A stretch of DNA of 34,694 nt from Pseudomonadota bacterium. Lineage in GTDB: Bacteria; UBA10199; 2-02-FULL-44-16; JBDRGF01. Numbering within the stretch: position 1 is the stretch's first letter; the number at the start of each line of letters is the position of its first letter. Below, piece after piece: positions 18,125 through 28,518 of the stretch. The notes beneath the pieces were generated by a model, which saw only the letters and a program-made list of their open reading frames with translations, ran no database searches and was not told where the DNA came from. A program made the translations under genes and the position numbers. The stretch is from positions 1-34,694 of the forward strand of contig JBDRGF010000162.1 in the NCBI GenBank assembly GCA_043818055.1, in the 5' to 3' direction.

Positions 18125-18793
18125 TCAACCCTCAATACTCGTCGTAAGACAACCCGGCGGGCTCATGGCTGACTCGTCGTAGGCATTGGGATCACTTTCG
18201 AGCGCCTCCCATTCATTCATGAGATTTGTAATCTCTGCTTCCAATCCTGATGCGACACTTGAATCGAGATAATTCATTGGGCAGTAACTTAAAAAATCGG
18301 TGTTGTTATAGAGTTGAAGTTCAGTTCTTCCAAGATTTTCATCCCACATTCCAGCTTTTCCAATAGCATCACCCGCTGCAACAATAGTACCCACCGCCAC
18401 TACAGGTGTCAGCACATGGTCTAAAAATAGTGACCAATCATTTGTATCCTGTGGAGTTATCGAAACAGTGTAGTCATTGCTATCTGATCTAAAATGCACA
18501 TCAGCAATCACGCCATCAACAGGGGATATGATATCGCTACCAAACTTGAGATAAAATTCGAAGGTAGGATTTAACTGTGTTGCCGTCAGCACACCTCCAA
18601 ATGGTAAAAATGGCTTTCTATCCTCATTTGCCAATATTGTTAAATCAAAATCACTGAAGTTTATAGCGAGATTTTTAAGAATTGGGTTCAGTGAAGCGGG
18701 CGTCACCCCACCGCTATCACCTCCACCACAGGAGGCACAAATCAAAACTGTTAAGAATGTCATACAAAAAATAGTTTTTTTAAAAATAGGCAT
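18125..18793 (-). CDS. M23-peptidase-like lipoprotein lacking the zinc ligands
   Basis: ISPVDGVI and LDHV...V..G..VAAGDAIGKAG patterns; lipobox ASC. Confidence 0.7.
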   Translation of the reverse strand: MPIFKKTIFCMTFLTVLICASCGGGDSGGVTPASLNPILKNLAINFSDFDLTILANEDRKPFLPFGGVLTATQLNPTFEFYLKFGSDIISPVDGVIADVHFRSDSNDYTVSITPQDTNDWSLFLDHVLTPVVAVGTIVAAGDAIGKAGMWDENLGRTELQLYNNTDFLSYCPMNYLDSSVASGLEAEITNLMNEWEALESDPNAYDESAMSPPGCLTTSIEG

Positions 18794-18922
18794 AATGTTA
18801 ACCTAACGTAATTAGCTCAACTTGTCAGCTAGATATTCTAATCTCAGATCGATAATCTTCAAACCAAAGTTTAACCTACCTTTTTTAGAGGAGGTTTTTA
18901 GAGATTTCCATATTTCAATAAT

Positions 18923-19513
18923 TCAACTATTCTTCAACCCAAGAATCCACGCTACTTTATCTACTTTTGGCGATTTGTAAGTTTTGAATTTCTTGAGTAA
19001 CTCTTCAGGACTCTCATCGATCAACACCCTTGCCATATCAACTGACCTGACAAAATTCTGATCAACAGCTTCATTTAGAAATTTTATGATATGATCATAA
19101 TATCCAGAGACATTAAGAATACCGCAGGGTTTGCTGTGGATGCCGAGTTGCGCCCACGTCAAAACTTCAAAGAACTCTTCGATTGTGCCCAGTCCTCCCG
19201 GAAGCGCGATGAACGCATCGGAAAGCTCTGCCATCAGCGCTTTGCGCTCATGCATCGAATCGACAACTCTCAAATCTGACAACTCTTTATAAGCAACCTC
19301 TTTTTGGGCAAGCGCCTTTGGAATCACACCGATCACCTCGCCACCCTGTTCAAATACAACGCGAGCGATCTTGCCCATAGTACCGACATCTCCGCCGCCA
19401 TAGACGAGCCCCATATTATTTTTTACCAAAAGATTTCCCAGACGTTCGGCCATTTCAAGATACTGCGGCCTTTTCCCGGGACTCGATCCGCAAAACACAC
19501 AAACTCGTTTCAT
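18923..19513 (-). CDS. LOG family protein (TIGR00730 phosphoribohydrolase)
   Basis: VCVFCGSS, LVYGGG, MHERK and PGGLGTIEE. Confidence 0.95.
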   Translation of the reverse strand: MKRVCVFCGSSPGKRPQYLEMAERLGNLLVKNNMGLVYGGGDVGTMGKIARVVFEQGGEVIGVIPKALAQKEVAYKELSDLRVVDSMHERKALMAELSDAFIALPGGLGTIEEFFEVLTWAQLGIHSKPCGILNVSGYYDHIIKFLNEAVDQNFVRSVDMARVLIDESPEELLKKFKTYKSPKVDKVAWILGLKNS

Positions 19514-19560
19514 GTTTATTCTCCTTTTGAATGTGATCTATATACACAGCGCGGCCATAA

Positions 19561-19591
19561 TGTAGCGGCGGGTTTGAAACCCGCCACTACA
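19561..19591. repeat. Single GTAG-REP hairpin
   Basis: TGTAGCGGCGGGTTT-G-AAACCCGCCACTACA. Confidence 0.7.
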
Positions 19592-19762
19592 AAACCGTTG
19601 AAGAAACCGCAATCTACAACAGCGCTGAGCATATCAAACCGGAAATATCTTACAAGCAGTTATAGTGGCGGGGAAAGGGGCATAATCAGGGATTGAGATA
19701 GCTATTATCCTGTTATCGAGGTGTGCTGTTTTCCACAGTCCAAGGTTCATCAAACTTTCTTT

Positions 19763-21190
19763 TTAATATCCCGTCTTTCCCTGGCTTTGTTTTTTGTGCG
19801 GTTTTATCTCCTGTGAAGCGAGAAGCTTTGAAATATCGCTCATGAGGGCTGAATACTGTTGTTCAATTCCTCTGACTGTTTCGTTCATGATATAATTGTA
19901 TTTGTTTTCTGCTTCGTATGTCGTGCCAGTTATACAGACCAAATCTATTTTTATTGGAGCGGTTTTTTTCATCAACAGCAGTGCGAAATTTTTCATATCC
20001 CGTATTTCCATGGTGATCGTTGCGCCTACCTCGACATGTGTTGTGATGGAAGATGCTTTTTTTACATCTCGCGTTGTGAACATCATCTCAATTTTGGGAA
20101 TGAGGTAATAATCGATACTCTTCTTGTCAGCAGGTGAAATCGCTTCATAATAATCAAATGGACCCCGGACTTTGAAACCCTTTGCAAAAAGAAGTTCAGC
20201 TATATCTCTTCGCAACTTTGTCCCCATGTTGGTAAATTGCGCAAAACTGTACCAAAACATTTTATCACCGGCTTGATCAATCTTTCCAAAAAGAGATAAT
20301 TCATCCCTCCATAATTGATCCGGTGTTTCACTTGGTGTAGGAGTGATCTTTGCCACCGCAAAACTAACCCCTTGTGAACCGGGCGCCTTCTGGGCGAGTG
20401 GCTTATAAGCAAAAGTCGCCACATAGGGTTCAACCTTTTCCATGAATGATGGTGTAACGGGCGCTTGAGTCTCTTTTTTGAGAGCTTTTATCTCTTCAGG
20501 GTCGAGCATTTTTGCCATCGAAGCCATAAGATCGGGATACTGTTTCTCAAGCCCCCGGGCTACATCATTCATCACTTCTGGTTTTAAATCGACTGAAGCG
20601 ATATTTTTCAGCACTTTTTCATCGTCGATGGTTTTAATAACGCTGGGATCTTGCCAGTTTATCTGATTTATCTTGTTCCAGAAAGAGGGATCTTTACATT
20701 CAAGACTCGTAATGAGCGGGAAGGGAATACTGCTTGACCAGATGATTTCGTGCGTCGCAACATCTTCGAGTTTCAGCGTGATTTTGCCTTTGACCTCAAC
20801 TTTCACATCATTCAAACGATAGACCGGTGGCGTGCTGGTCACAAGCTCAACCGTTGGCACCAAGAGCAGATCGATGGTTTTTCTCTGCGATTTTGAAATC
20901 TTCTTCGACGTAAAAGGACCTTTCACACTAAACCCTTTTGCCTTAAGAATTTCAGAGAGGTCATCTTTGATAGCCTGATCTAAGCTAACAAATTCAGGGG
21001 AATTATACCACATATCCTGCATGCCGGACTTATACTCCGCTTTTCCTACCGCAATAGTCAGACCGGCTGAATCCGGTGGGTTCTGAAAATCAGGCTTATA
21101 TTGAAAGTTCGCCACATACTTCGCTGACTGGGCAACAGGTGAAATAAACAGGATAACGCACACCAGGCTGACTAAATACTTTTTTGTCAT
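19763..21190 (-). CDS. Secreted protein made of two tandem homologous domains
   Basis: Signal peptide; YVANFQYKP/YVATFAYKP, LKAKGFSVKGPF/FAKGFKVRGPF and MNDVARGLEKQY/MNETVRGIEQQY. Confidence 0.8.
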   Translation of the reverse strand: MTKKYLVSLVCVILFISPVAQSAKYVANFQYKPDFQNPPDSAGLTIAVGKAEYKSGMQDMWYNSPEFVSLDQAIKDDLSEILKAKGFSVKGPFTSKKISKSQRKTIDLLLVPTVELVTSTPPVYRLNDVKVEVKGKITLKLEDVATHEIIWSSSIPFPLITSLECKDPSFWNKINQINWQDPSVIKTIDDEKVLKNIASVDLKPEVMNDVARGLEKQYPDLMASMAKMLDPEEIKALKKETQAPVTPSFMEKVEPYVATFAYKPLAQKAPGSQGVSFAVAKITPTPSETPDQLWRDELSLFGKIDQAGDKMFWYSFAQFTNMGTKLRRDIAELLFAKGFKVRGPFDYYEAISPADKKSIDYYLIPKIEMMFTTRDVKKASSITTHVEVGATITMEIRDMKNFALLLMKKTAPIKIDLVCITGTTYEAENKYNYIMNETVRGIEQQYSALMSDISKLLASQEIKPHKKQSQGKTGY

Positions 21191-21394
21191 ATGTCCCCCT
21201 AACAGGTTTAGGATTCTTGGTTGGTTAAATCTATCACAAACACTTTTATGAGTCATTTGTTGTTTTTTTCAAGCCGCTTCGAAAGCAGCATCGGAAACCT
21301 TTGTTCCCGGATGATAAATATATTGGATTCTATTGGTATAAGTGATATGAAGGCTTTAAAATTGTCTGTATCAGATGCCTAAGGGGGGAGACAT

Positions 21395-22498
21395 ATGAGT
21401 ATTTCTCGAAATTTTTCATTGGTTGCATCTCTTGCGCTAATCATCGCTGGATCTGTAACACCGACGTATGGTAAGAGTGTTGCCACCTCTCAGATTGCAA
21501 CTGAGGCTGAAATTGTAAATCAAATGGGGTGGGAAGAGAAGGAGAGCTCTGGCGGTCGAGTCTATCCATCGATTACCTCCCCCTCAGAAGAGATCAATGT
21601 CCGTGCTTATAGCGACACCGATAAACCGATTGCCTCTTATAAAACTTTTAATTTTGACTACACCAGCGAGACTAACCCGCTTCTGGAAAAAGAGCTTTTC
21701 AGACAGTTGGAAAAAGTCTTGCAGGCGCATGGGATGACACGCGTTGAAAAAAATCCGCAAGTTTTGATCACCATGAATTTCTTTGTCGGTAAAAGGGAAC
21801 AGTACACTCCGCCGACCACGATCATCACTACGAAAACGAAGTATGTCTGGAACGCCCTCTCACTCGGCTGGAATGTAGGAGGTTTCAGCTCTGCGGTGCC
21901 TATCATAAGTTCGACCACCACACCTGGCCATACAACAACCAGCTATTACAGCAATATCCGTCTCAATTTCCTGAACTACTCCAAGTTGGTGGGAGGTGCT
22001 AAGTCCAAGACACCGCCACTCATCTGGCTCGGCGAAGCCGAACATCAAGGGTTTAATTCGGATGTCCGGGGTATCGCACCGGTTATCTTCGGCGAGCTCA
22101 TGGAGCAGTTCTCGGATCAAGCCACCAAGGCTTCAAAATGTTATGTGCGCCGTTTTCGTTACGGCGGACTGGGACTCGGATTTGATTCTTCCGACTGGCG
22201 CATAATCCGTTATGTAGAACCCTCGTCGGTGGCGGCAGCACACGGTATAAAACCGGGAGATGTCCTGATGAAAGTCAATGGCAAGAAAGCAAAAAAATCT
22301 TATACCTTTTCGGATTATCCAGAGAACTCCAAGGATCCATATCTTAGGTTCGTCTTATCCAACAAAGGAGTCGCGGATGTTGAACTGGTGATCAAGTCGG
22401 CTGAGACAGGGAAAAAAGTTACGCTTAAGGTGAGACCTCGCAGTGAGGATCGCTACATTGATGTTGATTCAACCGGCGCCCCTCTTCAGGGGCTATGA
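21395..22498 (+). CDS. Secreted DUF4136-like plus PDZ domain protein
   Basis: ASYKTFNF...LEKVLQAHG...IWLGEA; PDZ motifs GGLGL...VEPSSVAAAHGIKPGDVLMKVNG. Confidence 0.8.
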   Translation: MSISRNFSLVASLALIIAGSVTPTYGKSVATSQIATEAEIVNQMGWEEKESSGGRVYPSITSPSEEINVRAYSDTDKPIASYKTFNFDYTSETNPLLEKELFRQLEKVLQAHGMTRVEKNPQVLITMNFFVGKREQYTPPTTIITTKTKYVWNALSLGWNVGGFSSAVPIISSTTTPGHTTTSYYSNIRLNFLNYSKLVGGAKSKTPPLIWLGEAEHQGFNSDVRGIAPVIFGELMEQFSDQATKASKCYVRRFRYGGLGLGFDSSDWRIIRYVEPSSVAAAHGIKPGDVLMKVNGKKAKKSYTFSDYPENSKDPYLRFVLSNKGVADVELVIKSAETGKKVTLKVRPRSEDRYIDVDSTGAPLQGL

Positions 22499-22837
22499 AT
22501 TTACCCAGCCAATCCATCGGCCGCAAGGCAATCGAATGGAATCATAAAATGAAAGCGCCTCACCCGGTTTCAATACACTTATGGCAGAACCTCTGATGCC
22601 ATGAACAACTTTTAGATATTGATGATGCAATGTTGTCAGCACTGTGGAGCGTTCTTCCATCACTGTTGTTAAGGGGGGTAATCCAAAGTGTCTTTCAAGC
22701 AGTGAACTAGCAATCTGGGTTTGTATTTTTTTAATCCATCCCATATTACAACTGTCGGCAGTTTTCTGGATTTGTTGCTTACAGAAAAGGCCAAAATCCG
22801 ACACTCGATTTCACCATACTTTCCTCCCTCCCTTGAG

Positions 22838-22953
22838 GAGGCTGTTGCCGAACTTAAATGTAGGGGTCGACCCATGTGTCGACCCGTTTTAGAGGGCTGA
22901 CACATGGGTCAGCCCCTACAAAAATATTAAAAAACGACTTCGGCAACAGCCTC
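22838..22953. mobile_element. MITE-like element with perfect 15-bp TIRs around a GTAG-REP doublet, inserted in the loop of an outer hairpin
   Basis: GAGGCTGTTGCCGAA...TTCGGCAACAGCCTC; flanks CTCCCTTGA and TCAAGGGAG. Confidence 0.8.
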
Positions 22954-23073
22954 GTCAAGGGAGAGGGGCAAAGAGGTATCGGATTGTGAAAGGGTTTTAA
23001 TCTGAGCGTTATATCACTATAGCGTTTAGAACCATGATATTTATTAAATTGTTACAAGGAATTGTTCCGATCA

Positions 23074-23787
23074 TTATTTTTTATACATTTCGATTTGTCC
23101 GTTTCCAACGCTTAATACAATACTTCCGTCACCTGTGCCAAGCGTGCCAATAAACTGAGTGCTTGAAACTTGCTGGTTTGTGAAGGTCAGGCCGGCATTG
23201 TTTATCGTTCCATTCACAACAGATGCAGTGAGGTTTGCGTTCGTAGTATCCGGCAGAGTCAGATCGATATCGCCGTCTCCCACGGCGATTGATACAGCAC
23301 AATTATCGTTGAGTATGAGGTCTGAATTAACAGTGCCATTTAAAAGATTTATATCCACCGACGTAGTCACAGATTGCAGAGTAATATTTCCATTGACCAG
23401 AGTAATGACGTAGTTAAAATTATTGGGCACAACGATATCAAAGTTAACTTCGTAACTCCTGCTATCACTTGTAGGATGAGCAACCTCATACCTGATGTTG
23501 CCCGCATTATTATCTACCGTGACAGTAATATCTGAAATATGCGATTGTGCATCGCTGTCGCTTATTTTGCTTGTTACCTTTTTTGAGATGGAACAAGTGA
23601 GAGCATCTGTCGTATCTGAACCGGTAATAACTATATTTCCATTGGTATCTTCAACGATGAGTTCAGTTTGTGTCGTCAGGGTGAGAGTATCTGAATCGTC
23701 CTCTTCATAAATAAATGAGGAGCTGGAATCTCCACCACAACCAGAGGTGAGAAAAAATAATAAAGCCAAAAAGAAACACCGTTTCAT
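23074..23787 (-). CDS. DUF4097-like beta-strand repeat lipoprotein
   Basis: Lipobox SGC; repeated NG.I motifs. Confidence 0.8.
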   Translation of the reverse strand: MKRCFFLALLFFLTSGCGGDSSSSFIYEEDDSDTLTLTTQTELIVEDTNGNIVITGSDTTDALTCSISKKVTSKISDSDAQSHISDITVTVDNNAGNIRYEVAHPTSDSRSYEVNFDIVVPNNFNYVITLVNGNITLQSVTTSVDINLLNGTVNSDLILNDNCAVSIAVGDGDIDLTLPDTTNANLTASVVNGTINNAGLTFTNQQVSSTQFIGTLGTGDGSIVLSVGNGQIEMYKK

Positions 23788-23841
23788 CTCTTCTCCTGTT
23801 ACCATTGTCGCATTAGAAACGTCGGGAGATTATTAAAAAGA

Positions 23842-24630
23842 CTACTGATCGACTCTGGCACCCACCTTAAATTCCACAGTACCACCCGGCGCGTTGTCGC
23901 GCTTGATGTTGCATATCTCGCTATTTTGACATGTCGGCGCTGTTGTGAGAGCCGGGCAGACAGGATCTCCTTCCAGTGCCGTACAAATTGTGCATCCATT
24001 TGGATAGACGCCTGGAGTACCGACATTGGTATTTAGCGCACCGCTGGGTCCCACAGTTGTGATAGCGGTGGATGTGCCGTAATACCATCCAGAACCTAAT
24101 TCAATTGAAAGCGCGTAATTAACTCCGTTCACGCCACTGATATCCACAACCTCCTGCGTCGTGTCTATCGGATTCAGTGTGAACTCGCCTTGAGTCCATC
24201 CTGTAGGAAATTCCGTGGTGTTGCATGTTGCAAAACCGCCGATTCCGAATCCGCCGGACATGCATTCGTTGTCAGGGTTAGGAACGGTTACAGATGCGTT
24301 GGTGCCTCCCGCTGCATCGAGAGTAACAAGGCATTTTCCCGCACCATCGACACCGGCCTGGTAATCCGTACACCAGCCTGCAGCAGAGAGTTCCTCGGCA
24401 GTGAGAAGATTGTTAACATCAGCACAAGCGCCACCCGCTGCGGCTGTGACAAATCCGATTATCACCGCTGCGGCAGTTGTGTTCGTAAGTTTTAACAGGG
24501 TGACCGTTGTGCTGGGTGTGTTGCCGCCGCTGCTGTTGCCGCAGCTGACAAAGTGAAACGAAAATATTGTCACCATAATTGCAACTAAAACTACACTAAA
24601 ACTAATAAGACCAGTTTTTTTTCTATTCAT
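23842..24630 (-). CDS. Thaumatin-like Cys-rich lipoprotein
   Basis: TQGEFTLN...VVDISGVNGVNYALSI resembles thaumatin T.AEFTL...YDVSLVDGFN.P; lipobox VSC. Confidence 0.6.
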   Translation of the reverse strand: MNRKKTGLISFSVVLVAIMVTIFSFHFVSCGNSSGGNTPSTTVTLLKLTNTTAAAVIIGFVTAAAGGACADVNNLLTAEELSAAGWCTDYQAGVDGAGKCLVTLDAAGGTNASVTVPNPDNECMSGGFGIGGFATCNTTEFPTGWTQGEFTLNPIDTTQEVVDISGVNGVNYALSIELGSGWYYGTSTAITTVGPSGALNTNVGTPGVYPNGCTICTALEGDPVCPALTTAPTCQNSEICNIKRDNAPGGTVEFKVGARVDQ

Positions 24631-24692
24631 ATCCCCCCCTAATTTGTTTGACGACATATATCAGACTGAGATGTTTTTTACAATTATATAGT

Positions 24693-25982
24693 CTAAGATT
24701 TGCGATGATGTGCCCGCCAACGGTGGGAGAAATTCATGACGAGATAGTAGATGGGTTGCGACCGGTTTGCCCAGGCGCGCTTCAGAATCGAGCGCCACGA
24801 GTAGAACCGCTTTGGAAAGCGAAGGTGAATCGATTCGATCTCCTCCTTGGTCATCGTCGGATGATGGCACACCAGATTCGCGCCTGTGTAGTGCTCCCAG
24901 TTGAAATCGAAGATCCGTTTTTCGCGTAAAGCCTCATCGAAAAAAGCGGTTCCCGGGAAGGGAGTCATGATTCCGGTGTTCACGATCGCGAGGCGATTGC
25001 GCACTGCAAAATCATACACTCCGTTGAGCGTCTCCCTGGTATCCTGATCAAAGCCGAACATAAAAGCGCCTATCAGATTGATCCCCGCCCGCGTGATCTT
25101 GCGGATGTGGGCATCGTAATTCTTGACCTTGTTGAATGATTTATTTGCTATGTTGAGAGTCTCCTGATCGATCGACTCGATTCCGACAAATAGACTGATA
25201 CAGCCGGATTTGACGGCGAGCTTCAGCAGCTTTTCGTCGCACGCGATCATCTCCAGTGAGCCCTGCGACCCCCATTTGATTTTCAGAGGAATAAGCGCCT
25301 CAAAAAGTTTGTAGGCGTATTCTCTCGTGAGGAAGATGTTGTCATCCACAAAAAAGAAGATGCGCGAGGGAAAGCGTTTGATCTCCTCGACGACATGTTC
25401 GACGGGACGCGTTCGATGCTTGCTGCCATACATTTTTGTCACCGTGCAAAAATTACAGCCGAGCGGGCAGCCCCGGCTGGTCTGCAGCACCTGCGTATTG
25501 AGCGTGGTTCTCCCCTTTAGGAAGAGGTCCTTGCGGGGCATCGGCAAATTCTTTAGATCGATAAATGAGTCCGTGCGATAAACCGGCATCAGCGCCCCTG
25601 CTTGAAAATCCGCCATGACCTGAGGCCACACTGACTCGGCCTCGTTGACGACCACGGCATCAAAATGTTGAGAACACTCTCCGACCATGAACGAGGAGTG
25701 ACTTCCTCCGCAGATGGTCGGAATGCCTCTCTTGCGGAAATGATCCGCGAGCTGATATCCACGCGTCGCCTGGCAGGTCATCATAGTAATGCCAACGAGG
25801 TCCGCGGTTTCGTTCATATCCAGCCGCTCAAAAGTCTCTTCCACGATCCTGATCTCGTCGAAAAAGGGCGTGGCCAGTCCCGCCACCATCGCAAGGCTGA
25901 GGTGATGCGCGTATTTCCCCTTTGCCTTTTGTACTTCGAGGCTTGCAGGTGCGATGAGTAAAAGTTTTTTTGGTTGCTTCAT
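24693..25982 (-). CDS. B12-binding domain radical SAM protein
   Basis: DLVGIT...GGSH, SRGCPLGCNFC, FVDDN, GIES and TPFPGT. Confidence 0.93.
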   Translation of the reverse strand: MKQPKKLLLIAPASLEVQKAKGKYAHHLSLAMVAGLATPFFDEIRIVEETFERLDMNETADLVGITMMTCQATRGYQLADHFRKRGIPTICGGSHSSFMVGECSQHFDAVVVNEAESVWPQVMADFQAGALMPVYRTDSFIDLKNLPMPRKDLFLKGRTTLNTQVLQTSRGCPLGCNFCTVTKMYGSKHRTRPVEHVVEEIKRFPSRIFFFVDDNIFLTREYAYKLFEALIPLKIKWGSQGSLEMIACDEKLLKLAVKSGCISLFVGIESIDQETLNIANKSFNKVKNYDAHIRKITRAGINLIGAFMFGFDQDTRETLNGVYDFAVRNRLAIVNTGIMTPFPGTAFFDEALREKRIFDFNWEHYTGANLVCHHPTMTKEEIESIHLRFPKRFYSWRSILKRAWANRSQPIYYLVMNFSHRWRAHHRKS

Positions 25983-26190
25983 TCGGTTCACTTTCAAAAG
26001 TTCCGCATTGCCACCAATCGATCGAAGTGCCCACTATCACAATTGCTGCGAAGGTGGAAAGAAAAAGTTTTGCAACGCCATTGACATCGAATGTAGCTTG
26101 AGGAAATGACAGTTTCCTGAATAGTCACTTTATTTTGTTATATTACTAGCTTGATATTCTCACTTCATACCAATATCATGCGCAATTGAT

Positions 26191-27225
26191 ATGAAGATCA
26201 TCTATTCAGAAAAACAACAGCTTCATTCTCCACGAAGAGAGTGGAACTTTGGCCGCAGCGTGCCTAATCCTGAACAAACAAAACGGCTTGAACTTATTTT
26301 AGCAAGTTTGAAAAAAGCAGGGTTCTCAGATTGTATCACAAAAACTAAACAATATCCGATGTCGCATATCCTGAAAATTCACGACAAGAGGATGGTCAGA
26401 CATATAAAGTCCTGTGCTGATCTAAATGAAGGTGAGGCGGTGCACGCCCATATATTCCCCTATAGAGTTTACGATCCACATCCAAAAACCAATTTAAAAC
26501 TAGCCGGATATTTTTGTTTTGATGTCGGCACTCAGATCGTCAAGCACACCTTCGATGCCGCTAAATCCGCTGTGGATTGCGCAGTTCATGCTTCTGAGCT
26601 TATCCTGAATGGAAAGGAAAAGATTGTCTTCGCCCTCACCCGCCCACCGGGACATCATGCCGACACCGCTATGTATGGGGGGTATTGCTACTTCAACAAC
26701 GCAGCCATAGCTGCTGAAAACCTTTCTCACCATGGCAAAGTTGCTATTGTAGATCTCGATTTTCATCATGGAAATGGAAGCCAGAGCATCTTTTATGAAA
26801 TTCCAAACGTCTATTTTATTTCGATTCATGGAGACCCCGCAAACCACTACCCATACTTTTCAGGTTTCAGAAGCGAGAAAGGATGTGGGCCCGGAGAGGG
26901 ATCAAACCTCAACATTCCTCTGCCAAATGGCATTGGTGATGCTGAATACAGAAAAGAGCTGCAGAAGATCTGCAAAATTCTATCAAAATGGAAACCCGAC
27001 TATCTTATAGTCTCCATGGGGTTTGACACATTCAAAAGAGATCCACTAGGCGATTTCAATTTAACTTCCGGCTTTTACAAGGAGATCGCGGAAATGATGA
27101 CAGGTTTGAACATCCCGCTATTAGTTTGTCTGGAAGGTGGATATGCTGCGAAATATCTTGGAACTAACGTAGTCAATTTCTGTGAAGGTCTTGCCCTGTC
27201 TGAAAAACGGGAAATTTCATCATAA
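26191..27225 (+). CDS. Histone deacetylase family protein (acetylpolyamine amidohydrolase-like)
   Basis: RPPGHHA, GGYCYFNN, DLDFHHGNG, SIHGDP, GFDT...DP and LEGGY. Confidence 0.93.
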   Translation: MKIIYSEKQQLHSPRREWNFGRSVPNPEQTKRLELILASLKKAGFSDCITKTKQYPMSHILKIHDKRMVRHIKSCADLNEGEAVHAHIFPYRVYDPHPKTNLKLAGYFCFDVGTQIVKHTFDAAKSAVDCAVHASELILNGKEKIVFALTRPPGHHADTAMYGGYCYFNNAAIAAENLSHHGKVAIVDLDFHHGNGSQSIFYEIPNVYFISIHGDPANHYPYFSGFRSEKGCGPGEGSNLNIPLPNGIGDAEYRKELQKICKILSKWKPDYLIVSMGFDTFKRDPLGDFNLTSGFYKEIAEMMTGLNIPLLVCLEGGYAAKYLGTNVVNFCEGLALSEKREISS

Positions 27226-28287
27226 TCTCTTCACCCAGATATTCATATCTTCATAACTGCCCAAAATATCACAGTTGTTTATAAGACGACCGGAATATTC
27301 ATAACCGAGCCTAAAAAAGACTCTGTTCATACTGACGCTCTTCGCCCTCGACAACGTATAGGCTGTTGAAATTTTTCTTTTCTTAAGATCCTTCTCAAGC
27401 GCACTTAAAATATGCTGCATCAGACCTTTCCCCTGCGCTTTAGGAATGGTAGCGCAATCGGTCATCTCAGCATTAGAATATTTATCGTTAATTTCCGCAC
27501 TTGCCACTGCCAACGCATCTCCATTTAGAACAGCCATTTTGTAGAGCACATTTCTGTCCATTGTGGATTTTATATAATCAGGATTGGTCAGGGGAGAGGG
27601 ATATGTGGCGAAAATATTTCTATAGATAAAAGTCAATTGTGGTATGTGCTTATAATCAGCAGTTACAATCTTAACGCCCGGATACATTTTTTTTAATGTT
27701 TTTTTCTCTGTATTGAATATCAGTTCTTCAATAAGTTCAGATTCTTCCATCAAACTTGAGCTTATCGCCCTCTTTTTAGATGAAAATCTGGACAAAACAT
27801 ATGCATCCTCACCATTAAAATAATACCGAAGCACGCCCTCCAAAACATAGCCATGAGAGAGAAATTTCTGAAAATCTTTCTTTCTGGCTTTAAAAAATAT
27901 CTTATCAAAATTATTATGCAGGGCGAGCCAAAGCAGACGCTTTGTCAAAGCCGAGAAGTCAGTGGCCTGATAATCCAGAACCTTGAGTCGCTTATTATAG
28001 TAATCAAAAAAAACGTTAACCGTACATCCTTTAACACTAATCTGAAAATCCAGGCCATAAACTGTTCCAATCACCGTCGTAGAGACCCCCTTATCCAAAT
28101 TAAAATGAACAAGGCCCATATCCTTTTCCGTCGGTTTTAGGGAGGTCCATTCATCTGAGACAATTTCGGCATTTTTTGATATCTGAGAATCGTTCAGGAG
28201 CTCCCCTATATCTTCCCTGGTTACAATAGTTCTGTTAGATCTGGTTTTAATAACTCTCTTTTTTGATTTCAGCTGTATTTTTTTCAT
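27220..28287 (-). CDS. ablB: Beta-lysine N-acetyltransferase-like GNAT with an N-terminal extension
   Basis: DYYNKRL..DY, KIFFKA, YFNGEDA, F.TYPSP, NAEMTDCAT, QGKGL and GRLINNC...EDMNIWVK. Confidence 0.8.
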   Translation of the reverse strand: MKKIQLKSKKRVIKTRSNRTIVTREDIGELLNDSQISKNAEIVSDEWTSLKPTEKDMGLVHFNLDKGVSTTVIGTVYGLDFQISVKGCTVNVFFDYYNKRLKVLDYQATDFSALTKRLLWLALHNNFDKIFFKARKKDFQKFLSHGYVLEGVLRYYFNGEDAYVLSRFSSKKRAISSSLMEESELIEELIFNTEKKTLKKMYPGVKIVTADYKHIPQLTFIYRNIFATYPSPLTNPDYIKSTMDRNVLYKMAVLNGDALAVASAEINDKYSNAEMTDCATIPKAQGKGLMQHILSALEKDLKKRKISTAYTLSRAKSVSMNRVFFRLGYEYSGRLINNCDILGSYEDMNIWVKRL

Positions 28288-28518
28288 GTTTATCAATGTC
28301 TCAACTTTATACTCACATGTCAAATCGTTACATTCTCAGTCCTGGTGTCTGGAACCTCTTGACTTTTAATCAGATTTGGCCTACAGAGGCACCTCTGGAT
28401 GTTGATTTGAAATGATTTGTTGAGATTGTATTGAGCTTTATCTTCTCCCTTTCTATTTTAAATCACAGAAAAGGGTAACGATTACAACATATTGCGGCAT
28501 TAAAGGAGGCAGGCGGTT

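Noticed and set aside
22493..22905. Short ORFs between the PDZ and DUF4097 genes
   Set aside because: No motif or RBS, and partly inside a MITE; could be a decayed gene but this is unsupported.
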